Shown: positions 16,739 to 24,675 of the stretch, piece by piece
Layout: every line of letters starts with the position of its first letter
Numbering within the stretch: position 1 is the stretch's first letter
Virus record (IMG/VR): IMGVR_UViG_3300017909_002469
Span: 1-48,019 of that record
DNA: 48,019 bases
Strand: one strand, 5' to 3'
DNA from: a virus
Lineage: Duplodnaviria; Caudoviricetes
The notes under the pieces: model-generated
What the model was told of the DNA's origin: nothing
Databases searched by the model: none
Seen by the model: only the letters and a program-made list of their open reading frames with translations
Program-made: the position numbers and the translations under genes

Positions 16739-16786
16739 TCACCTGCCCATGTGCCCTGCGGGGCACATGTTCGGTCTGACTGGCCG
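16737..16786 (+). ncRNA. Repeated pseudoknot RNA motif copy D
   Basis: AGTCA-CCTGCC-[9-bp hairpin]-TT-CGGTC-TGACT-GGCCG. Confidence 0.8.
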
Positions 16787-16812
16787 CAACAAACCAACAT
16801 GAGGAAACGACT

Positions 16813-17805
16813 ATGCAAAACAATTTCACAAAGAGGAACATGGTTCCGATGCTCAATGAGATGATTCAAGTCAGGGCCAAATATCTGGGGATCCCTCCAA
16901 ACCTGATCAAGTGGATCATCTTTGACAATGATCAAAATGCTGACTGGTTGCAGATGCTCCGTAAATCAGATGATGAGGTCGAGTTCTGCACAGCGATCAA
17001 GAATGTCATTCGACAGTGGGATGCTGGCGATTATATGCTGGTGTCAGCCAAGACGCTGGGCCGCAAGACGTGGCTTGACTGTGTCAGGACGATCCAGAGC
17101 GATGCGGCAACCATTCAGGACATACGTGTCAGTGAGAGGGCGCCTGCGCCTTACAACTGGAACGATCGTCTGACTGAGATCAAAGAGTCTGTTCACAACA
17201 GCGCATGGAGAGAATTTAATCGGGACGCTCCGCACTGGGTAGACAGGATGTCTGTCGAGGTTCAGTCATTCGGAAATCGCACACTAGAAGATGATGTACC
17301 TAGAGTCATGTCATCTGTGGATTCCAAGCGGTTTACAGCAGTGATCTCACACCTGTGGCGACATCGTGTAGGTAGTCGATTTGCTACCGTGACTGTCAGC
17401 AAGGAGACCATCTTCAATGTTGATGGCAGGCTCATTCCCTCCAAGCCTCACGGTCTGGATGAGTGCACGATCCACAAGTTTTCTGGTTTCGGTCGGGCTC
17501 CACTGGCTTGGATTACCCATCTCAAAGAGCAACAGTATATAGCAAACGCTAGGTCGCGAGAAGAGAACTGGAGTTCTCAAGAGTATGCCGCGATTATCAA
17601 TCAGCTCGACAGGGACATCGAAAAGGTGCGGAACAAGAAACCTGTACACTTCCACTATTATCATGTTATCAACGACTCAGTATGCACAGCGGATGAGGAT
17701 GGTTATGAGATCCCTATCGAGGGGACAGGGATCACGATCTCTCAGGCCAAGAGCCTATACGAGAGACGGCTCAAGAATGCTGTGCTTGACCAGCTTGCGA
17801 TTTGA
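16813..17805 (+). CDS. Hypothetical early protein (330 aa)
   Basis: RBS GAGGA, long ORF, no motif recognised. Confidence 0.8.
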   Translation: MQNNFTKRNMVPMLNEMIQVRAKYLGIPPNLIKWIIFDNDQNADWLQMLRKSDDEVEFCTAIKNVIRQWDAGDYMLVSAKTLGRKTWLDCVRTIQSDAATIQDIRVSERAPAPYNWNDRLTEIKESVHNSAWREFNRDAPHWVDRMSVEVQSFGNRTLEDDVPRVMSSVDSKRFTAVISHLWRHRVGSRFATVTVSKETIFNVDGRLIPSKPHGLDECTIHKFSGFGRAPLAWITHLKEQQYIANARSREENWSSQEYAAIINQLDRDIEKVRNKKPVHFHYYHVINDSVCTADEDGYEIPIEGTGITISQAKSLYERRLKNAVLDQLAI

Positions 17806-17806
17806 A

Positions 17807-17970
17807 GGGGGCGCGACTACCTCCAGTGCACGGTAGCTACGTGCCGAAGGCGATAGATGTCTGACCCTGCTTGACCCCTGTTTGTATTTCACAGGCTTGG
17901 AAAGATCTAAAATTGTGTCGCGCACCATGAAGTGATGCTCATGGTTGTAGTACAGTGAATCTATCGAATA
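17807..17970 (+). ncRNA. Candidate pseudoknotted ncRNA at the 3' end of the early transcript
   Basis: GCGCGAC(17811)/GTCGCGC(17917) stem crossed by CGATAGAT(17851)/ATCTATCG(17959), plus three local hairpins. Confidence 0.55.
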
Positions 17971-17973
17971 GCT

Positions 17974-18011
17974 AGGCGCTCCGGTTTCCCGACTGGAGCG
18001 CCTTTTTTTTT
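17974..18011 (+). terminator. Strong intrinsic terminator ending the early region
   Basis: AGGCGCTCCGGT...ACTGGAGCGCCT followed by a T-tract. Confidence 0.9.
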
Positions 18012-18017
18012 GCCTGA

Positions 18018-18039
18018 AAAAAGTGCAGATGCACTTTTT
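18018..18039. repeat. Dispersed palindrome copy 7 (AAAAAGTGCAGATGCACTTTTT)
   Basis: Consensus match at the convergence of early and replication genes. Confidence 0.9.
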
Positions 18040-19798
18040 AGAATGGTGCAGGGAAGTCTGATGGGTTTGCTTTCTCAGTGCTGATGTATCTGTCTGCGAA
18101 TCCATGCTCACGGTAACAGGTGCTGACAGGATCGTAGATCAGGTCGCAAATGCCCTGCTTACCAATCCATGCGAACCTGCATTTCCACACATGTATTTCT
18201 GTGTCAGGGGACTGAAACTCTCTGTGCACTGTGATGCCACAGTCTGCCTTGGCAAACCATGCGGCACTGCCTGAGATATCGTATCCTTTCGGCACTGGCA
18301 ATTTGCCATTCTCTTTCTGCTGTTTCGTTGGATGTGCGACAAACCAAACGTGACAGTCATAGTGCTGTGCAAACATCCTCACCTTGGTCAGCATCTCGCT
18401 GATCCAATCTGTCTCTCTATCTGTGTCTTTTCTTATGTAGTTGTATGGGTCGATCACCACACCTGTGATTCCGAACCGCATCACCGCTACCTTCAATCTC
18501 TCTAGTAAGTCATCCAGATCTACAAGGTTCCCATCATTGTGCGACAGGAACGTGAAGTGCTTGTTTACAAACTCTTGGGACTCATTCAGCTCATCCTGTG
18601 TCATCCGATCATTCATGCCCTCAAAGAATGGTTTGCGAATGTACTTGGAGGCCAGCTTAGCAATGTGCAGTTTTGGTTCATTCTCGAAAGAACACACTGC
18701 GAACTTACTGTCAAACTGTCTAGCTTGATTCATCATCAGTTGATCTATGAACTCTGACTTACCAGAGCTGGGATTCCCTGTAACTACAGTGAGTTGTCCA
18801 GATGCTACCGTGTATATGTCATCCAGATTCTGATACCCAGTAGATAGTCCAGATCCGAGCCCGTTAGAATAAATGTCTTGAACCTCAGTGGAATAAAATG
18901 ATGCATCGTATATCCCTTTGATCGGCCAAGGCTCAGCAGACTCAACCAGATCCACGAGGCACTCTTCTCCGCAGTCGAGGAGCACTTCATTGGCGTCCTT
19001 GTAACCCTCTGGGTAAACAATACGCCAGCATCTATCCCTGCCAATCCTTCTCGCCAGCTCCTCTGCCATTGCATTGCCAGCAGTGTCTCCGTCTGTCGCT
19101 ATGATTATCTTACGTGAGTTGTCCAGCTTCTCTTTTGCGTCCCACAGGAAGTTGAACGTCCTGTCATCCTCAGGATTGATAGCGCCAGTCTTGACCTTCC
19201 CGACAGCGCCATTCGGAACACTGACCGCTGACTTGATCCCGGCCTGCACAAAAGACAAAGCGTCTATCTCGCCCTCACAAATAACAAAATAATCTCCGTC
19301 CCCAATCGAATTGATATTGAAGAACCACTGCAATGCAGACGTGCATGAGAATCCTTTGCTACCCAATGAGCGCATCTTGGCCCCTGCCGTAATGCTCCCT
19401 CTCTCATAAGGGAATCCGATGCAAGGAACTCTGCTATTCTCTGAGTTGATCCAGTGGTCACTGGAGAAAAGATTAGCGTCCTTTGCTACTTGTTTCGATA
19501 TCCCTCTACTTTCCAACCACTTGAGGGCTTCTTCTGATAGTGGTCGTATGTTTAGCTTTTGTGTTCTGTGTTGGTCAATTTGGTGCACTTGCACTTTTTC
19601 TCTCCCGCGAAATTGGATGACTCCACTCTCTTGACAGTGGAAACAATTGAAGACCATGCGGTCAGGCATGACTTTGAGTGAAAGACAGAGATCGTTTTTA
19701 TTTTTCTTTCGTGTGTGTGAGCAGAGCGGACATACTTTTTTATGATCACCTATAGGCAAGTGATCCGCGTACTCCTTCAGAGCTAAATTGTCGCTCAT
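18038..19798 (-). CDS. Primase-helicase (T7 gp4/Twinkle-like)
   Basis: Zn finger CPLC...CFHC, TOPRIM EGEIDALS and DGD, KDANE, Walker A GNPSSGKS, VIDPYN, VAHP, ISGS. Confidence 0.95.
   Translation of the reverse strand: MSDNLALKEYADHLPIGDHKKVCPLCSHTRKKNKNDLCLSLKVMPDRMVFNCFHCQESGVIQFRGREKVQVHQIDQHRTQKLNIRPLSEEALKWLESRGISKQVAKDANLFSSDHWINSENSRVPCIGFPYERGSITAGAKMRSLGSKGFSCTSALQWFFNINSIGDGDYFVICEGEIDALSFVQAGIKSAVSVPNGAVGKVKTGAINPEDDRTFNFLWDAKEKLDNSRKIIIATDGDTAGNAMAEELARRIGRDRCWRIVYPEGYKDANEVLLDCGEECLVDLVESAEPWPIKGIYDASFYSTEVQDIYSNGLGSGLSTGYQNLDDIYTVASGQLTVVTGNPSSGKSEFIDQLMMNQARQFDSKFAVCSFENEPKLHIAKLASKYIRKPFFEGMNDRMTQDELNESQEFVNKHFTFLSHNDGNLVDLDDLLERLKVAVMRFGITGVVIDPYNYIRKDTDRETDWISEMLTKVRMFAQHYDCHVWFVAHPTKQQKENGKLPVPKGYDISGSAAWFAKADCGITVHREFQSPDTEIHVWKCRFAWIGKQGICDLIYDPVSTCYREHGFADRYISTEKANPSDFPAPF
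19578..19599. repeat. Dispersed palindrome copy 8, intragenic (ATTTGGTGCACTTGCACTTTTT)
   Basis: Core GTGCA-CT-TGCAC with right T-tract; encodes EKVQVHQ in the linker after the primase Zn finger. Confidence 0.7.
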
Positions 19799-19811
19799 GT
19801 AACCTCCCGTG

Positions 19812-20165
19812 TTACAAGTTTTCTATAGTTGTTATCAGTCTTTTACAGATCACCTGCCCCCTATCAGGTGTTTCGGCCAGAATGGTCGCCAGTACTTTTT
19901 TTATAACTGAATGGTTTAACGATGCTAGATCACAAACCGTTTCAAAATCTTTACAGAGAAGCCACGTTGCTACAGCCACCCGATTGTGTCTCTTATCACT
20001 AGATGCGTCAGTGAAGGCCTGACTAATCACCGCCCTCCATAACTTCAACGCGGATATCGGATCTTGGATTATCTCTGTCGAGATGCCAGAAGACATGCTT
20101 CTCCTTGACTTGCCTGTCGTTCTTGTACACCCTCCCTTGTAGCTCATCCAGAATGACTGACTCAT
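19812..20165 (-). CDS. Conserved phage hypothetical protein (start uncertain)
   Basis: LWRAVISQAFTDA...DFETVCDLA motif; lies between resolvase and primase genes. Confidence 0.6.
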   Translation of the reverse strand: MSQSFWMSYKGGCTRTTGKSRRSMSSGISTEIIQDPISALKLWRAVISQAFTDASSDKRHNRVAVATWLLCKDFETVCDLASLNHSVIKKVLATILAETPDRGQVICKRLITTIENL

Positions 20166-20415
20166 CCAGATCAGGCCTGCGAGAAGCGTAATATATGTCG
20201 AGCGTTACCGCAACATCACACTCGATCAGGGTGTCAAGAACAGGACACTGTTCAGCAAATCCTTTGCAATAATCCAGAGCCTTTTTCGATTTAATTAATC
20301 GAGGCTTGCCCCCTATCAATACCATTCTACGTGAATTTGCTTTACTCGCAGGCTCCCCTAGTATCGTTATAAATACGTCTGTTTCTTTTGTATCTTTAGG
20401 TTGCATTACTTTCAA
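20023..20415 (-). CDS. rusA: RusA-like Holliday junction resolvase
   Basis: GEPASKAN, RPDLD, ILDELQGRVYKNDRQV, DRDNPR motifs. Confidence 0.8.
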   Translation of the reverse strand: MKVMQPKDTKETDVFITILGEPASKANSRRMVLIGGKPRLIKSKKALDYCKGFAEQCPVLDTLIECDVAVTLDIYYASRRPDLDESVILDELQGRVYKNDRQVKEKHVFWHLDRDNPRSDIRVEVMEGGD

Positions 20416-20458
20416 TACCTGTTATTATCAACCACTCATAGTCCTATCGGGAGGCGGG

Positions 20459-21337
20459 ATGATAATCACTAATGTTCACAATGTTCCTGAGCAGTTTATC
20501 CGTGTTGCTCAGAATAACAAGTATTCCAAAGGCGATGCAGATATCAGTGTCACGACGCTGATCGATTCCCCTCGCATCAACATTCTCAAACAGCGGCATG
20601 AAGACCAAATGCAACGTGATATCACCGACATGACTTTCAGCATGGTCGGGACTGCTGTGCATCAGATGTTAGAGGATACCGATGAGAAGCCTAATGAGGT
20701 TTACGAGGAGCGCCTGTATCAGAATGTATTTGACTGGGTGCTATCCGGTGCCATTGACGTACAAAAGTACGAGGCTGACGGCTCTGTGTCGATCATGGAC
20801 TACAAGGTCTGTACAGCTTGGGCTGTCATGAATGATAAGCCTGACTGGGAGAAACAACTGAACTGCTACGCATGGCTTGTAACTAGAAGCAAACAGTTGC
20901 CCGTTAAGAAGTTACAGATCATCGCAATCATTCGGGATTTCAATCGCAGAAAATCACAGAGAGAGCGAGACTATCCGAATGCCAACATTCAAGTTATCGA
21001 TGTACCGCTCTGGGATTTCGAGGAGCAGTCTAACTACATCGCTAACCGTGTGTTCCTCCACAAGAACGCACAAACAGACTTCATCAATGACATACCTCTG
21101 TGCTCCGATGAGGAGCGGTGGGCCAAGCCTGCTAAGTGGGCCGTCATGAAGAAGGGCCGCAAGTCTGCGGTCAAACTCTTTGATGATCCAAAGCTCGCTG
21201 AGCTTTACATGAAAGAGCAAAAAGGTGCAGATGCACTTTATCTTGAGGAGCGCCCGTCAGAGTTGACACGTTGTTGTGAAAACTTCTGCGGTGTCGCTCA
21301 GTTCTGTAGTCAATTCGAGGAGAGTAATAATGTCTGA
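20459..21337 (+). CDS. PD-(D/E)xK exonuclease (Cas4-like, Cys cluster)
   Basis: GTAVH, EER, SGAID, IMDYK, QLNCY and C-terminal RCCENFCGVAQFC; ATG at 20459 after GGAGG. Confidence 0.85.
   Translation: MIITNVHNVPEQFIRVAQNNKYSKGDADISVTTLIDSPRINILKQRHEDQMQRDITDMTFSMVGTAVHQMLEDTDEKPNEVYEERLYQNVFDWVLSGAIDVQKYEADGSVSIMDYKVCTAWAVMNDKPDWEKQLNCYAWLVTRSKQLPVKKLQIIAIIRDFNRRKSQRERDYPNANIQVIDVPLWDFEEQSNYIANRVFLHKNAQTDFINDIPLCSDEERWAKPAKWAVMKKGRKSAVKLFDDPKLAELYMKEQKGADALYLEERPSELTRCCENFCGVAQFCSQFEESNNV
21220..21241. repeat. Dispersed palindrome copy 9, intragenic (AAAAGGTGCAGATGCACTTTAT)
   Basis: Encodes KGADAL in the exonuclease. Confidence 0.85.
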
Positions 21338-21743
21338 CGCAGTACAAATTATCCAACAGGAGTTGGAGACCATCGATGAGAAGCTCACGCTTCATGCATA
21401 TCACAAGGCAGTCCTTGAGAATCTTCTCAAGCGAATGAATGTAAAGACCGGGGCGCTTGATCTACCCAAGCCAAAGAGACGACAAAAAAATCGTGGCGAC
21501 TCAGCGTCAGTCAGGAAACGGCAAGAAGTCCGAGTGAACAACGCAAGGACAATCGCAACTCTTGTGAGGGATCGCAGGCTGACTAAGACGCAGGCTATCT
21601 CAAATCTTATGGCTAGGAATGCACTGGTTGTCCACGAGGATTGGGCAAATCCTATCCAGACAATTCTGAGTGATACATCCCCGACTGGTCTTGGGAAGAG
21701 ATTACACAACCAGCTTTTCGCAGGAACAATTTATGGCCAGTAA
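21330..21743 (+). CDS. Hypothetical basic protein
   Basis: RBS GAGGAG, ATG at 21330; coiled-coil N-terminus and basic centre. Confidence 0.7.
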   Translation: MSDAVQIIQQELETIDEKLTLHAYHKAVLENLLKRMNVKTGALDLPKPKRRQKNRGDSASVRKRQEVRVNNARTIATLVRDRRLTKTQAISNLMARNALVVHEDWANPIQTILSDTSPTGLGKRLHNQLFAGTIYGQ

Positions 21744-22425
21744 GAAGAGTGTTTGGGAAACCCTCAGTGCGATTGACTGTGATGGTCACACTGAGGAGAA
21801 GAATGGTTTTACATACCTGTCTTGGTCATGGGCTTGGCAAACACTGAAGGAGAATTATCCTCAGGCTCGGTTTGAGAAGGGCCCTATCCAGTATCTTGAG
21901 GACGGCACGGCACTGATTTCTGTGCGTGTGTTCATTGGTGTTGATGAGGACTTGACAGAGGTGTTCCCTGTCATCAACTACAGCAACAAGCCAATCCCAA
22001 ACCCCAACGCCTTTCAGATCAACACTGCATATCAGCGTTGTCTTGTGAAGGTGTTGGCGTACATGGGTCTGGGTATGTATATCTATCACGGGCATGACCA
22101 TCATCCTGATTCGTCACCTGATGCACAAAGCAAGCCTGCTAGTAAACCTGCTAAGAAGGTTGAAGAAAAGCCTGTTGCTCCAAGTCCGAATCGACCGATA
22201 TTTGCACCTGACGGCAAGCATGAAGATATCACGGATGGCACATGGAAAACTGTCGCTGAAGTCCTGATCAAATTCATGGCTGGAAGAGACATTAATTCCT
22301 TGCGTCAGTTCTGGAGTATGAACCAGCAGGCAATTGAACATCTGGAGCAGTATGCTCCAGAAGAACACAAGCGTGTCTACGATGCGTTTATGGATAAAGC
22401 TAACAAGCTAAAGGAGAAGAAGTAA
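21733..22425 (+). CDS. Single-strand annealing protein (Sak3/DUF1071-like)
   Basis: KNGFTYLSWSWAW and INTAYQRCLVKVLAYMGLGMYIY motifs; lies between exonuclease and SSB-like genes. Confidence 0.8.
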   Translation: MASKKSVWETLSAIDCDGHTEEKNGFTYLSWSWAWQTLKENYPQARFEKGPIQYLEDGTALISVRVFIGVDEDLTEVFPVINYSNKPIPNPNAFQINTAYQRCLVKVLAYMGLGMYIYHGHDHHPDSSPDAQSKPASKPAKKVEEKPVAPSPNRPIFAPDGKHEDITDGTWKTVAEVLIKFMAGRDINSLRQFWSMNQQAIEHLEQYAPEEHKRVYDAFMDKANKLKEKK

Positions 22426-22718
22426 TGGCGTATATCGATAGGAACGGGGTGAAAAAACCCAGTGGTGCTCTCTATGTTAATAGAGAGAAGACCAAGGACT
22501 CATCACCTGATTACACGGGTGATGTGGAGCTAGACAAAGAGACAGTGGATTCGATTCTTGCTCAACGAAACAAGGGTGTTGACATGCCCATCATCGCACT
22601 TGCCGGATGGAGGAAAGAGGGTCAAAAAGGAACCTTTATCTCCATGAAAGCAGAGCAAAAGAGAACCGCTGAGCCTAAACCTGAACCTGAGTCTACAGGC
22701 GATGAGATTCCGTTCTAA
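22425..22718 (+). CDS. SSB-like protein (DUF736-type)
   Basis: SPDYTG, LAGWRK and an acidic tail ending DEIPF. Confidence 0.7.
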   Translation: MAYIDRNGVKKPSGALYVNREKTKDSSPDYTGDVELDKETVDSILAQRNKGVDMPIIALAGWRKEGQKGTFISMKAEQKRTAEPKPEPESTGDEIPF

Positions 22719-22965
22719 GAAATACATCAAGAGCTTGCATGGTAAGCCGTGCCTTGTGTGCGGCTTTGCCTCAGAGGCTCACCACGTTACCTACGCAGAG
22801 CCTAACGCGATGGGTATGAAGGTGGGAGACAACTGGTGTGTCCCGCTTTGTCATGCTCATCACATGGAACTGCATAACTTTGGTGATGAAAGATTATGGT
22901 GGGCCATGCAAGGTGTTGATCCAATAGAACATGCAACAAAACTTTTTAAGGAGTTTGAACAATGA
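22702..22965 (+). CDS. Zn-finger HNH-like protein (DUF968-like)
   Basis: CLVCG, EAHH, CVPLCHAHHMELH. Confidence 0.75.
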   Translation: MRFRSKKYIKSLHGKPCLVCGFASEAHHVTYAEPNAMGMKVGDNWCVPLCHAHHMELHNFGDERLWWAMQGVDPIEHATKLFKEFEQ

Positions 22966-23276
22966 CAGGATTCACAATCCAAGAGAAGCACGGTGATACA
23001 GAGCTGACTTATCGTGTGCACAAGAATGGTAATCACTCAGGCAATGTAACGGTCCATGTAAATGGTGTGTCTGTTCTTGAGGATACTAATTTCACAACCG
23101 TGCGAGAGCTAATGAGCGCACTGAGTCGCGCAGAGATAGCCGGTCTGATTCGGGCCAACAAGGATGCTGAAGCTTTATCAATGGGCGATGAGGGCTCCCA
23201 GCATTTCATTAGATACGCGATGGAAAATCTAAAGCGTATGGTTCATGGGTCCAGCGCAGAGGATAAGCAGGGATGA
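22962..23276 (+). CDS. Hypothetical protein
   Basis: RBS AAGGAG, ATGA-coupled. Confidence 0.65.
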   Translation: MTGFTIQEKHGDTELTYRVHKNGNHSGNVTVHVNGVSVLEDTNFTTVRELMSALSRAEIAGLIRANKDAEALSMGDEGSQHFIRYAMENLKRMVHGSSAEDKQG

Positions 23277-23536
23277 CATCTTATGCCGTCACACTCAACA
23301 TGGATTTTACCAAGACGGTTTATCTCCATGCTGAATCAGAAGCTGAGGCACAAGAGAAGGCTGAAGCCCTTATTCGAAACAACCAAAAGAGCCTGTCCAA
23401 CTTGGGCTACTCAATTGGTGACATCGATGTGATTGAAACTTCTGAGTGTCTGCATCCAAATAAAGCGCGGAGGGCTGATCGTATGAGACATGCCCTTCAG
23501 GTTCAGGCAGAGAGGCGTGTGTTCCATGTCGATTGA
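23273..23536 (+). CDS. Hypothetical protein
   Basis: ATGA-coupled; VYLHAESEAEAQEKA motif common in small phage proteins. Confidence 0.65.
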   Translation: MTSYAVTLNMDFTKTVYLHAESEAEAQEKAEALIRNNQKSLSNLGYSIGDIDVIETSECLHPNKARRADRMRHALQVQAERRVFHVD

Positions 23537-23948
23537 AGCAATGCACTTTGAGGGTGTGAAGATATCTCTCAATCAGTCCTCTGATGGGACAGTGCTCAAG
23601 ATGGCCGTGCATCCAGATGAGGTACCCGCTGATCTGATGACAGATTGGGTTGGGTCACGTTATATGGTTGCTATGGTCAGGCTTAGTGATGATGATGAGA
23701 TAGCACAGGACACCTCAACAAAAGAGATAAGCAGGCTGATAGCATCCTGCGGTGCTCTTTGCAGACAAGAGAAGTTCCAACAGTTTGTTCTACTTGGAAC
23801 AAATCTTGATGTGACAGAGGCAAACACCGTTATAGTTTTGAGGGATGCACTTGGTATTACCTCAAGGTCAGAGCTTAAAGAGAATGCACAGGCGCGATCA
23901 GCGTTTATAGATTTAAGAGAGGATTTTAACCGATGGTTGAAGAGATAG
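23526..23948 (+). CDS. Conserved phage hypothetical protein
   Basis: RBS GAGG; VHPDEVP, GSRYMVA and LGITSRSEL motifs. Confidence 0.7.
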   Translation: MSIEAMHFEGVKISLNQSSDGTVLKMAVHPDEVPADLMTDWVGSRYMVAMVRLSDDDEIAQDTSTKEISRLIASCGALCRQEKFQQFVLLGTNLDVTEANTVIVLRDALGITSRSELKENAQARSAFIDLREDFNRWLKR

Positions 23949-24184
23949 GAGATATCAAACGAATTGGGAATGAGCCTGTGCTCAGTCCTAAGCAAGTTTG
24001 TAAGTACCTTGGCATTGCAAGGTCAACACTCACTCATCGTATCAACAATGATGATACGTTCCCCAAGTCGTTCAAGATCAGTGACAGAAAGATTTACTGG
24101 AAGTACGTTGACATCGAGGACTGGGTTAAGAAAAAGATGAATGGTGATTCCAATGTGGGTATACGTTCTTTTGGTGTTCGCTAA
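23933..24184 (+). CDS. AlpA/excisionase-like HTH DNA-binding protein
   Basis: LSPKQVCKYLGIARSTL...FPKSFKIS...WKYVDIEDW. Confidence 0.8.
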   Translation: MVEEIGDIKRIGNEPVLSPKQVCKYLGIARSTLTHRINNDDTFPKSFKISDRKIYWKYVDIEDWVKKKMNGDSNVGIRSFGVR

Positions 24185-24344
24185 CGGAACTCCCGTTGCG
24201 GAGGTCCAAGAGAAAGTGTTTCATGATGAGCTTCATTCCTGTGTCCAAGAAGCAAAGCAGATTATGTCGGACGATACCCCGCTTGTTGCGGGGTGTGTCC
24301 CTCTAATCAAGGAGGATGTTGATGCAGGCAAAGTTACGTTCTGA
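24141..24344 (+). CDS. Small hypothetical protein with hydrophobic N-terminus and two Cys
   Basis: MWVYVLLVF...SC...GCVP; same pattern as ORF 39468-39653. Confidence 0.5.
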   Translation: MVIPMWVYVLLVFANGTPVAEVQEKVFHDELHSCVQEAKQIMSDDTPLVAGCVPLIKEDVDAGKVTF

Positions 24345-24567
24345 TGGCAGTACAGCTAGCTACTATGAGCTACCCGACGGGGCGGCTCAGATACAGGACT
24401 TGATCTCACACAAAAACATGAACGCTCAGATAGGGGAGATATTCCGTGCCTGCTACAGGTATGGAGAGGTTGAACACAGCGAGATGCTTCGGGATGCAAG
24501 GAAGATATTGTTCTATGCTCAAGCCGAGATTGACCGCTTACTCGCTATAGAAAAAAAGTGCACATGA
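24316..24567 (+). CDS. DUF3310-like (T7 gp1.7-like) protein
   Basis: ASYYELP, GEIFRACYRYG, DARKILFY. Confidence 0.55.
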   Translation: MLMQAKLRSDGSTASYYELPDGAAQIQDLISHKNMNAQIGEIFRACYRYGEVEHSEMLRDARKILFYAQAEIDRLLAIEKKCT

Positions 24568-24574
24568 ACTTTTT
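24553..24574. repeat. Dispersed palindrome copy 10 (AAAAAGTGCACATGAACTTTTT)
   Basis: Consensus match overlapping the stop codon of 24316-24567. Confidence 0.9.
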
Positions 24575-24652
24575 TATATAGTACTATCTGCTTACTCCTG
24601 TTGGACAGAGTGCAGTGGTTTAGTCAACCACAGGACAGATGCACTCACTATT

Positions 24653-24675
24653 GCCCCCTTTATGGGGGCTTTTTT
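24653..24675 (+). terminator. Intrinsic terminator at the replication/virion module convergence
   Basis: GCCCCC-TTTAT-GGGGGC-TTTTTT. Confidence 0.8.

Noticed and set aside
17807-17927. tRNA, tmRNA or Y RNA (GGGGGCG start, CACCA end, GCCGAAGG motif)
   Set aside because: No T-arm GTTCRA motif or cloverleaf, and ACCA is part of the next hairpin.
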